33,077 nucleotides of DNA from Bigelowiella natans CCMP2755 (lineage: Eukaryota > Protista > Cercozoa). The notes below the pieces were generated by a model. That model did no database searches and was not told where the DNA came from. It saw only the letters and a list, made by a program, of their open reading frames with translations. Positions within the stretch are counted from its first letter, which is position 1; each line of letters starts with the position of its first letter. A program made the position numbers and the translations under genes. Of the stretch, positions 22,792 to 33,077 are shown piece after piece. Location of the stretch: contig ADNK01000460.1 of NCBI GenBank assembly GCA_000320545.1, forward strand, positions 1-33,077. The letters run 5' to 3'.

Positions 22792-25700
22792 TGGGGGGGA
22801 GGTGTGGGGGGCTCATTGTTTACACGATTTTTTGTTGCTTTTATCGACTGAAGGGAAAAGCTGGCTTTCGGCAAAAATTGTAACGTACATTAACTGGCTT
22901 GGAGGCAACGCCCGAGTTTTTAATGCTGGTATGACCTAAGAACAACTTCATATTTATAGAATACATTGAAACTGAGGTGATGATGTGCACACATACATTA
23001 AATTTTTTATTACATTTTATTTTAAAGTATTTGATTTATTTTTAAATTATGGATAAAGCTCGTGTCTTGAGTTTGTTCAGTGAGTCATATCGCCACATCA
23101 GCTTAAATAAAACAATTTGCAACAACAACAACAACAACATAGGAAAGTATCGAAGAAAGTTGCTAGATCCAAAGAAAAGTGGTCTGTGCTCATACTCCCT
23201 CTCTATGCTTACGCATGTATGTGTGTGTGTGCGCGCGCGCGCGCGCGCGCGTGTGGGTATGTTAGGATCATATTGGCAAACGTGATAGGTGCTGCACTGT
23301 CAATCTCAGGTCGCGCTTCATTTTTCAATAAAGCGAATAGCACGAAGAGGGATGGAATCGCCAAAATGGCCCTGGATGAAGCTATTCAATGGTTACAACA
23401 TCCAGGTGATGGATAATGTATTGAAGAACATATTATGCTAATGACTGATACTTGGCCCTTTAACATTTTTTATTTATCTATCATTAGAGCACCAAGTGGC
23501 CGTGTTTGATGCAACCAATACTACGCCAAGGCGTCGCCAAATTATCCGAGTATGTATTTACATTGTTCATAGAACAAAGTTGTGAAAACGATCCATATAA
23601 TCAATTCTTGAATCCCCCCACCCCCCCCGCCCCCTCCCTCTCTGTGTGTAAGGATACCGTGAACAATTCAAAGCGGAAGTTAAATCTTATATTCATGGAA
23701 TCGATTTGCACGAACCAAAAGGTGTTGCTGCACCTCTAGTGATACAGTTTCTGCAGGACGACTACTGCGTTGGAGTGCTGATATGTTAGCATTTCTTCTA
23801 TCGCCTTAGAAACAGATACATCCGTTGCAGAACCTTGTGTAAATGTTCCCGATTTTGTTGGCTAGTTATCGTCGCCATCTTTGTATGTGAATGCACATTT
23901 GGTTTTTTAATTCAAAATTACGTGTACTACCACTACTATTTATTACTGCTGCTATTACAACTACCATACAGATTAGAGTTTGAATACAAATAGGCAGTAA
24001 CGCCCACGTATCGGCCACATTTTTTCCTTTCACTTCGCTTAATCATCATCATTATCATTATCATTATCATTATCCTCCTCATCATCATCACCATCATCAT
24101 CATCATCCATATAATTAGATATTGGAGAGCAACTACCTTACCAAAGTTAGGAATTCGCCTGATTTCAAGGTTCTCTGTATTTCCCATTCTCCTCCTCCCC
24201 CCATTCTTTAATCAGTTGTTACCATATGAGTTGATAGCTTTTAAATGATCATTATCCAATCGTCCTCTTTCTGTCTATTCGTCGATTGCTCGTGTTCCGC
24301 ATATTTTCACTATTGATGATGATGATGATGACGATGATGGTGATGATATTATTCCGATTTTATCGTATCATTGGGGATAGGCAACAACGGCGACTATATT
24401 ATGAGTGTGTTAATAATAATATGTATTGTACTGAACAAGGGGATGGATGAGAAGGATGCCTTAGAAGACCTCAAGAACCGGATAGCTCGGTATCAACTCG
24501 TTTACCGCACTGTCGGTGACGATGAAGGCAGTTGCTATATAAAGATTCAGGATCTTGCAGACAAGGTAGGTTTAGCTGTTATTCTATTTATTGTTGTGGT
24601 TGTTGTTATTGTTGTTGTTCATGATGATGATATTGTTGTAGTAGTAGTTTTCTGTGTTTTCCTACTTTTCTTTGCCCTTTCCCATTCTCTCTCTGTCGTA
24701 CTTTTTCCTATTGTCACTCGCTACTTCTATCAAAACAACTCTTTATCATCATCATCATCATCATTATCATTCATAATGCTGCTGAAGGTGACCGTAAAGG
24801 GAATCTACGGGTCCATCGCTCTACGAATCGTGAATCTTCTGATGTGCTGTCACAACGGCAATAGGCCTATCATATTATTGAGGTGTTGTTTCCATCTATT
24901 AATTTTACAACTACAAGCACTTTTAATATATCAGTTACACACACAAATACATATATAAATATACAATTTATATGATAAATATAGGGCAGCGGCTGCTGAA
25001 ATAAAGGAGATCGAACATACACGCAAGACAGCACTAAAGGTACAGCTCCTCCTCTTCCTCTCCCCCCCCACTTTTCCTTCTCTCGCATGCGCGCAGCAGA
25101 AGGATGTATCATGGGTTGTTGATTGGGCACGAGAAAGAAGGAACAACAGCCTCCTCTTTATCAGATATGCGAGAATACTCCTGCTAATACCACTGCATTG
25201 ATGACGATAATGAATAATGACAATGAATGACGATTTATGATGATGGCGGTGATGATGAGGTATACTTCATATCGATGATGATGATAACTTTAGACATGGA
25301 CGGCACTGGACGACTCAATGGATTATATTGGAGGTGTAGGCACTACAATACAGAAGAGATTTTATCAACACGTAGTAGTAGCAGCCAAGTATTGAAAAAT
25401 GAGTACAAATTGGGAGGTGTGCTTAAAACATGGGGAAATCTTCATCTTCGTGACGTTGCAGCGTATTCGTGCGCTGCTCTCAAAATAATATCGGTGCCTT
25501 CGCTCGAATTTCCCTTTGAGAGTACGAATAAACATATGCTGATTGATAATTATCATTATGATATGTTGATCTGCGTGCAAAGAGGATATGCTTGGAGGCG
25601 AAGACGACCTGGCTGCTGGTTTCGGTGCGCTCGGCCCTTATGCAGTAATTGAACAACATGTTTAACATGTTTGTCACCAAACACTAACTGATACCTACTA

Positions 25701-25872
25701 CATTGATGATAATAGTTTTCCCCATTACTATTAATGTCTCAGTATTTCTTCTTGTCGTAGTATTTCGATGACACTACTACTGTGAAATATGCAAGGAAGC
25801 AACACAAGCATTATTTTCTGTCGTAGGAAATGCTGCTTATATTTCCATGTGCTTCAGGGCTTGATTATAACA

Positions 25873-25918
<46 letters not shown>

Positions 25919-26695
25919 CTGAAGTGTATTTTTGTGCGTACCCGCTTGCATATGTGTGAGCCAGGAATCTCCATCAGACGAGAAGTCGTTCCGAGAAAGT
26001 AAGTAGCAGAGTTATCACACACATATTGTTTTAAATTACTGTGATGGACGATGTGTACATCCTAGTAGAAAACTGCTAAAGTAGTTGTTCGTTCATATTC
26101 TTGGATGGTACTTACTACCCCTTTCAATCTAGTGGAAGATATGCTGCTGCTGCTGCCTCTGCACACAGAGCATACATTACTACCTTCTTCGTTTGGCTGA
26201 TGTGTGTATCGACGATGCTCTCTGTTATCCTCCTCCACTGCTGCTGCTACTACTACTACTACTATCTGACGATGCTCTCTGTTATCCTCCTCTACTACTA
26301 CTACTACTACTACTACTACTATCTGACGATGCTCTCTGTTCTCCTCCTCTACTACTACTACTACTACTTCTTCTTCTTCTTCTTCTACTTCTACTACACA
26401 GTCACTAGAAGCACAGGGACGACTCCTACCATAGAAGAAGAACAACAAACTGCACTTCCGCCACTTTCAATAGAGGAAATATGCAGAACCAGAAGACTTT
26501 CCGAAACTGTGGTAGTTGTTCTACCATATTTAGTGCATTATTGGTTGTTGTTTGTCATTTACATTTTCATGACATATACATACCGCCGATTTTGAATTTT
26601 TAAGTAAAAGCCTGAAGAGGTGAGATTATTATTGTCCAAACAGCTGATTCCTCCTCTATTTAGTACTGCCACCAGTTATATGTTTGATTCGCCAC

Positions 26696-26738
<43 letters not shown>

Positions 26739-28028
26739 ATTTAGCGTTCGTCATCCCGCGAGGCAAACGTTCTTCCCAGAAGCAGAAGAGGCTCCTCATC
26801 AACGGCTAGCATGAGAGTTTTGCTTAGGGTGGGTTTCAAGCGTAGATAGATTTTGGACATAATAGAAGCAAAATGGGGAAGGGGAGGAGGAGGAGGAGGA
26901 GGAGGAAAGGATGTTACTTTTGCAGCATTCTAAGAGCAGCAGCAGGGTTATTCGGAAGACTTTCGAAAGTTTCCATGCAAGAAAGTGTTCGTGCTGTCTC
27001 TGTGCTTCATATCTCCTCCTCCTCTAGTATATATTGTAATATATTTCTGTCGTTGCCATAATGTAGTAGTAGTAGGAGTAGGAGTAGTAGGAGGAGTAGT
27101 AGGAGTAGGAGTAGTAGCGGTAATGGTGATGGTATTATCAAGGGCCACACCGGCAATTGATCGTCGTGAGTTTTGATGTTCTGATATGCTTTCTGTTGAT
27201 GTAGCAAAATCTACGAGTACCTACTATAACACACAGCACGAGCTACTCCAAGGTAGTAATGATAACAGTATTAACAGTATTAACAATAATAAAGAATAAA
27301 CTTATCGTTTCTTCCCAAATGAAGAAGAAGAAGAAATGTATGGATGATTATGGTGATGAAAACGACTGCCTTCACTAGAGAGAAAGGAACGAAATTTGGG
27401 AAAATTCACGGATAATATCGTATGAATCTCCCCCCCCCCCCCCCCCCCCCTCTCTCTCTCTCTCTTTCTCTTCCTTTCTTTTTTATATGTTTGTGTGCAT
27501 CTGTCTGTGTAGAGAGAGGGAGAGAGAGAGAGAGATTTATATGACAGTGTACAAACTTATGTAATATAGGTCACGAAAGATGGACGTGAGTTTATCAAGC
27601 GGCTCAAGGCATATACAAAAACACAGGGTTGCTTGCACAACAACAACAATTGTATAACAATCATGTCTGCATATATGTGGAAATTCTGGTTGCATATACT
27701 GTGTATTACGCACAGCAGCAGCTGACATTATTATCTATTATCTACTCTGAATCTGGCATTAATAATGTAGACTGGGCAAAGAAAGACTCTGCTGCCGTCT
27801 TTACCTCAACTTTGCCGCGTGCGATCGAAACAGCTACGGTAGTAAGGGACGAGCGATGGTGCTGTCTTCCAGATGCTGATGCTGATGTGTCGTAGTTGTA
27901 GCAGTAGTAGCGTGGTGATGATAATCAGGAGGGATGGTTGTTGTATGCTGACCATAATCAAGGCCTTCTTAGATCCAAACGATTCGGAAACTCAGACACA
28001 GCAATGGTAGTGGTAGTAGTAGTACTGC

Positions 28029-28059
<31 letters not shown>

Positions 28060-28380
28060 CGGATGACGAATTCACACAGAATAATACACAAATTGTCTTA
28101 GCTGCAAGTAAATAGTAGATCGATAATGATTTCTTGATGACAGAAAGAGTTTTACACTATAGAAGGTGGTGTGGTTGACACCGCGTTATGACGTCTATAT
28201 ATGCTGTGTTTGTAGATTTAGAAGTAATAATAGTAATAGTAGTAGTAGCAGTAGCAGTATGCATATTATTAGACTCTACGATTTCCAACAGAATACATCG
28301 CTCTTTTTGAGTGCACTGGTGTACCTTCAACTTAACCGACAGGTCTGCTTTGAACGTCCTGGACACAGGAATATGTCATG

Positions 28381-28412
<32 letters not shown>

Positions 28413-28516
28413 CGTGGTGCTCGTAGTCGTAGTAACGACTAAATTTAATGATGCTGCTACTTTAGGGATGCAAGTTGAAGGCATCAAGGTGGTGGTGGTG
28501 GTGGTGGTAGTGTGTC

Positions 28517-28552
<36 letters not shown>

Positions 28553-28602
28553 ACAGCAGTGGTTGTAGTGTGTGCCAGTAATTTATCAACATATATGCTT
28601 AT

Positions 28603-28666
<64 letters not shown>

Positions 28667-28677
28667 GTTTGTGTGTC

Positions 28678-28716
<39 letters not shown>

Positions 28717-28739
28717 ATATAAATAGATTGGGAGAGAGG

Positions 28740-28776
<37 letters not shown>

Positions 28777-28792
28777 AAGTTATCTGATATGA

Positions 28793-28825
<33 letters not shown>

Positions 28826-29149
28826 GAATCTCATCATTATAGATGTTCATCATCATCACTCATCATTTAGAAAGAGCTCCCTGAAGAGTATGAAAAGTGG
28901 CAAAGGGACAAATTTCGTTACAGGTAGTAATGTGGTGACGTTGTTAGCATGCCAACTACGTGCGCATTATTTTAAAGATTCCTCCTCCTCCTCCTCCTCC
29001 TTCTCTACCTCCTCTTCTCCTTCTTTCCTTTGCAGATTTCCAGGGGGTGAGTCCTACATGGATCTGTGTCATCGTTTATCCACGTTGGTGCTCGAGCTAG
29101 AAAGAACGAAAAGACCTGTCGTTGTGGTAGTAGTAAGAGCAGGAGTAGC

Positions 29150-29181
<32 letters not shown>

Positions 29182-29717
29182 GAGGAGGAGGAGGAGGAGG
29201 AGCAGTAGTAGTAGGTATAAGAGTGATGCTGATAGTAGCAGCAGTTGTGGTAGTATTATTATTCGTCATAGAAGCAGTAACAACTCGTAGTAGGAAGAAG
29301 GCATAACATGCATTGATGTGTAAATTTTATCAACAAACTGTGACTTGCGAGGTTATTTTGCTTTTTAGGTTTCTCACTTATCAACCTTACAAGCTTTATA
29401 CTCGTATTTTCGGGCAATTCCTGTCAGAAAAATCCCCAGTGTCAAGATTAAAAGGCGAGTTGCATTTTAATTTTACTTCGAAAGATATGTTTCATATAAT
29501 GTTGATTGAGATTAATTCGACTGGCTGATTGTTCGTTGTTTTGCCAACGGCAACAAAAGGGAGGAGAAACCATCATCTTAGAAAGCAGAATCTTACTGTA
29601 TATTTGGTGCTTGTTTCTGATCAACTGACAATGTTAATTTTTGGCTTTTACAGTCATACAATGGTGATTCTGAGTCCTCATCAATACGGTTGGAAGGAGA
29701 AGAGGATAGAGATCTAG
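22390..29717 (+). CDS. PFKFB: 6-phosphofructo-2-kinase/fructose-2,6-bisphosphatase (PFKFB family), more than 20 exons
   Basis: Kinase domain: VGLPARG|KS, YINWLG, VFNAG|KYRR, VAVFDATNTTPRRR, FMESIC, SPDF. Phosphatase domain: VFTSTLPRAIETA, W|SALNVLDTGICHG, RYR|FPGGESYMDLCHRL, LELER, VSH, HTMVILSPHQYGW. Symbol is family-level; exons in 25040-27400 are unresolved. Confidence 0.95.
23210..23255. repeat. 46-bp perfectly alternating purine-pyrimidine tract with (GC)10 core, intronic
   Basis: tacgcatgtat(gt)5(gc)10gtgtg read directly. Confidence 0.9.
26211..26380. repeat. 57-bp-period tandem repeat x3 containing (CTA)n, intronic
   Basis: gacgatgctctctgtt at 26211, 26268 and 26325. Confidence 0.9.
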
Positions 29718-29959
29718 CAGAAATATTTAGTTATCTGCTAGTCTGCTGGCAGGAATAGAAATAGGGGCAAGAAGGTTATCGAAGTTGCGCAAATTCGTTA
29801 TTCCCAACTCTATGCGTTCGAGTAGACCTTGTTAAAGTTTGTAAACTATGTAACTGATAATGTTGCAGCTGGCTGTATAGAATTTGAGGTTAAGGAATAA
29901 GGAAGCAGTAATCGAAATTTTGATCGAACGTAGGGTTTCGTGCGGTTATGGTACGTTGT

Positions 29960-30610
29960 GGTACACACGCACGTAAAAACATGGCTTAGCGCATATAGAT
30001 GTGCACACCTGTATGACTAGCTGATGTTGTGTCTGTGGCAGAAACCAACAGACACAACATCAGCGCTGTAGCCGCTGCATTGCACAGCTATATCAGGATG
30101 ACCATTGAAAAATTTTAATTTGTTCATTACATCCGTCTCACCTGTATGACTAGACTATGCATGCTAGCTAGCATGCATGACTACATGCTGTGTGCAATGC
30201 ACATCTAGATCTAGAAGTAGACGACGAGTTTTATTTTTTATCGATCAAATCTAGAAATGACGAGCTACATGTGTACTACATGCTAGCATGCTTGCTAGCT
30301 TGTGATGTTTAACGTACAATTGAAAAAATTGAACATATCATTCATGGCTATATCTATATATATACATATATCTATATATATATATATATTTATATATACA
30401 TCTCATACTAGCATATTGTTGCTACGAACGAGGCGGCCGTAGCGCAACCTGTCGATCAGCTGTGTGCCTATTGTACCAGCAATCATAGAATAATGGTCAT
30501 GCAAACGCGCCCAGTTTGCTGTGAGTGTTTCTGCTGCAGTGTGCAACAAAATCGTGTCGTTCTATACGCATGATGGCTGTCATGCGGTGCTGCGATGAGA
30601 TGTGCTTCGA
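29960..30610. other. Palindrome-rich block 5, at a convergent junction
   Basis: 22-bp perfect palindrome 30157-30178; lies between stops at 29717 (+) and 30721 (-). Confidence 0.78.
30006..30153 (+). mobile_element. Candidate 118-bp insertion (30021-30138; element copy C) flanked by a 15-bp direct repeat
   Basis: cacctgtatgactag at 30006-30020 and 30139-30153; internal 17-bp hairpin stem; 3' part homologous to 18920-18964 and 19557-19721. Confidence 0.55.
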
Positions 30611-30720
30611 TTCGCTCATTGCATGTTTTATTTTTAGTGCAAGCTCAAATATTTGTGATTTCTTCTTGCATGTCCAGATTATATTCTCTACTGTATAAAA
30701 CAATCGTGTTAGGCATCGAT

Positions 30721-31859
30721 TTATTTCTTTTTCTTTTTGCCTCCTAACAATCTCAAAAACTTTTCATGCTTGGCTGTGTCACCAAAAGCTTTGGCAGTAC
30801 TTTCCCAGTGCGCCTTTGGCTGAGAACGCAAATACTCATGATGATGAAAATAATTTCGCTCAAATCACTTACTTTAACTCTTTTCCCTGATGACGGTAAA
30901 GCTCCATCGTCCTTGGTATCGAGATACCTAAGTAATTAGTTGTATATTATTATTATGTGTTAATTAGGGATTTTCGTATTCTCCACTTGTTGTTGTGGTA
31001 TGTATGGATGTACCCCGCTTCGTAATATTTTCGTTTTGCTCCTGCTGTTGCCGCTTCATTACAATCTGATGACTTCTCAGCTATTGTTTTGCCGGAAGGC
31101 TCTATTCCTTTGACGTAATAACTTCTGGAGGACTCGCCGAACTCCAAGCATACACCCTAATAAATGTTGGGAATGTTTTGCTTCATAAGCCATAGATTTG
31201 CATTCTGCTGTAAACAAAACAGAACCTCGGTGAGTATAAATGGCTCGTTCGGTTTGACGCGTTTTCTATGGGACCCCTCTTTCACGTAAGTCCCATGAGA
31301 AGAATTTAGATCAATGAGGCAAACTAATGAAGTAACATTCTTCGTTATAAATGTGGCGAAGGAGCTGAAAGAGCGAGCTCACCATAGTCATCCTTTTTGC
31401 TGTCTTTATCTTTCGAGTGAGGAGAACCATGCACTATAACGGCATGACGTCTTGATATGGAACCATGATCCAACACAACATCTACTGCATTTGGCTGCCT
31501 TCCCAATACAAGACAGAGCTGATCGTCTATACTCAACTTAGCAAGGTATTGCCCTTGCTTGAACACCTCAAAATGCAATCCTTTCAACGGAGTCGATAAC
31601 GCCCATGAAGGTGTTTCAAAGTATTTGCTTGAAAGTTTGGCCTTGGTTTTCGATACATCTGCAAGGTAGTAGTGTGTAAGCATCATCCGTATTAAATAAC
31701 CTCATATCCCACCTCCTTATGCAAATTGATGACTGCAGCAGGGCTTAAAATTTTCGTCATTGGTTATTAGAAAATATTGATATAAATCTCGCTATAACAA
31801 CCATCATTGTCCTTCGTCGCATCTGTTGTGGAGGGTTCCGCTGCTTCGGCCTCCGCCAT
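30721..31859 (-). CDS. FHA-domain protein (NIPP1/kanadaptin-like FHA) with C-terminal SMAP-like motif; 6 exons
   Basis: LGRQPNAVDVVLDHGSISRRHAVI, LIDLNSSHGTYV, FGESSRSY; last exon WESTAKAFGDTAKHEKFLRLLGGKKKKK*. All five introns are phase-consistent from ATG 31859. Confidence 0.88.
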
Positions 31860-32171
31860 TTTTCAACGAGGTCGGTCGGAACACGCTGGATAGGAAACTG
31901 TATTGTTATTGTTGTCTTTTTCATCGAAGCAACATCCTATTATTTTTATCTGAAACTGCTTTGTGTCCCATTAAGGGAAAACCGACCGCTTTGTTAGTAC
32001 GACAATTCATTTTCTGTTAAAGCTCGTAAAAACACGTTTATTTTTATTTTTATTTTTTATATGGAACCATTTCCAGTAGATTTCCTGGATTTTCAAGGAT
32101 TATTTCTTGGATTTCAAAGTTTTTAGGGAAGCCGAGATTTATTTATTTCGACTCCGGGGATTTAAAAGATG

Positions 32172-32222
<51 letters not shown>

Positions 32223-32296
32223 CAGAGAGTCGTACAATTTCAGATATTTTCCGTGACATTTAAGCCGAAAACTCAGGTCAATCAACCTGATCAACC

Positions 32297-32767
32297 ATGA
32301 TTCCAATGGAATTCGAGCTTGCGATCACGGCATTTTTGAAGGGAATAGAGATGCGACAGATTTGTTCAAATTTCAATGATCTCTACTTGTTTTTTGTACT
32401 ACGACGACAACAATCAGTTGTGTCGCACATGAATTTTAATCTAGTTTACCTCGCTCACTTTGGATATTTCAGGTCGTGTTTGTCTCGATTTTGTGTCTCA
32501 CCGATCTTTGGTTGTCGCAGGTGTCGTAATCCAGAAGACTTAGACGGACAAATGTCCAGGATTGGACAGAAAAGAGGTAAAAAAGCCGCGGAGTTTATGT
32601 TTTAAAGTGGTTTGTAGTAAGATCTCCTACGTTTATGGCAGAGTCAAAGAGCATTCACAAAGTTTAACAACAAAAAGCACCTCATCTCGCACATCCATTC
32701 CCATATCGCCACCATCAACAGCGGGGGGAGGACTGCCCAATTCAGGCGCCTTCACTGCTGTACTTGA
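32297..32767 (+). CDS. Possible short spliced gene, unknown product
   Basis: Phase-consistent chain 32297-32472, 32521-32577, 32622-32767; no recognisable motif. Confidence 0.28.
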
Positions 32768-32946
32768 ACACTAGATTTGTGACCTGCACTTGGAGGGTGG
32801 GGGAATCCTGCTTTATCTCTACGCGCTACTGGCCACGATTGCAGTGATTCGAGAGGAATCAGAAACTACTGATACAAAAACTAATTAGACATTACTCAGC
32901 CTCAATACTTCATCACCTTGAGGCAACCCCTTTGATTGGGAATAGA

Positions 32947-33077
<131 letters not shown>

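Noticed and set aside
26211-26380. CRISPR-like repeat-spacer appearance (also 10391-10515)
   Set aside because: The spacers are microsatellite or near-identical, there are only 2-3 units, the context is eukaryotic and no cas genes are present.
30020-30153. Helitron 3' end (hairpin plus CTAG)
   Set aside because: The CTAG is about 85 bp from the hairpin rather than about 10-15 bp, CTAG is ubiquitous in the block, and Helitrons do not make direct repeats.

Overview
Eukaryotic nuclear DNA from an intron-rich, microsatellite-rich genome (lineage not determinable here). Hand-splicing at GT-AG sites gives about ten genes, mostly in alternating head-to-head / tail-to-tail order: an unknown basic coiled-coil protein (+), a Ulp1/SENP peptidase C48 (-), a Ser-rich membrane protein (+), a Serinc/TMS protein (+), a VARP(ANKRD27)-like VPS9 protein (-), a probable AT-rich gene (-), a small 4-TM protein (+), an unknown TM/coiled-coil protein (-), a PFKFB-type 6-phosphofructo-2-kinase/fructose-2,6-bisphosphatase (+) and an FHA + SMAP-motif protein (-). 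The most unusual feature is non-coding: all four convergent gene junctions, plus one tandem junction, hold a 0.6-1.3 kb block saturated in CTAG/AGCT/CATG/TGCA words and perfect palindromes, while divergent junctions are short and lack it. The blocks look like GC-rich DNA hypermutated at CpG (CG>TG/CA>TA), share an exact 12-bp palindrome, and two of them share a short dispersed element, one copy of which has a hairpin and a 15-bp flanking direct repeat. Coordinates were counted by hand and may be off by a few bases; no database searches were run.
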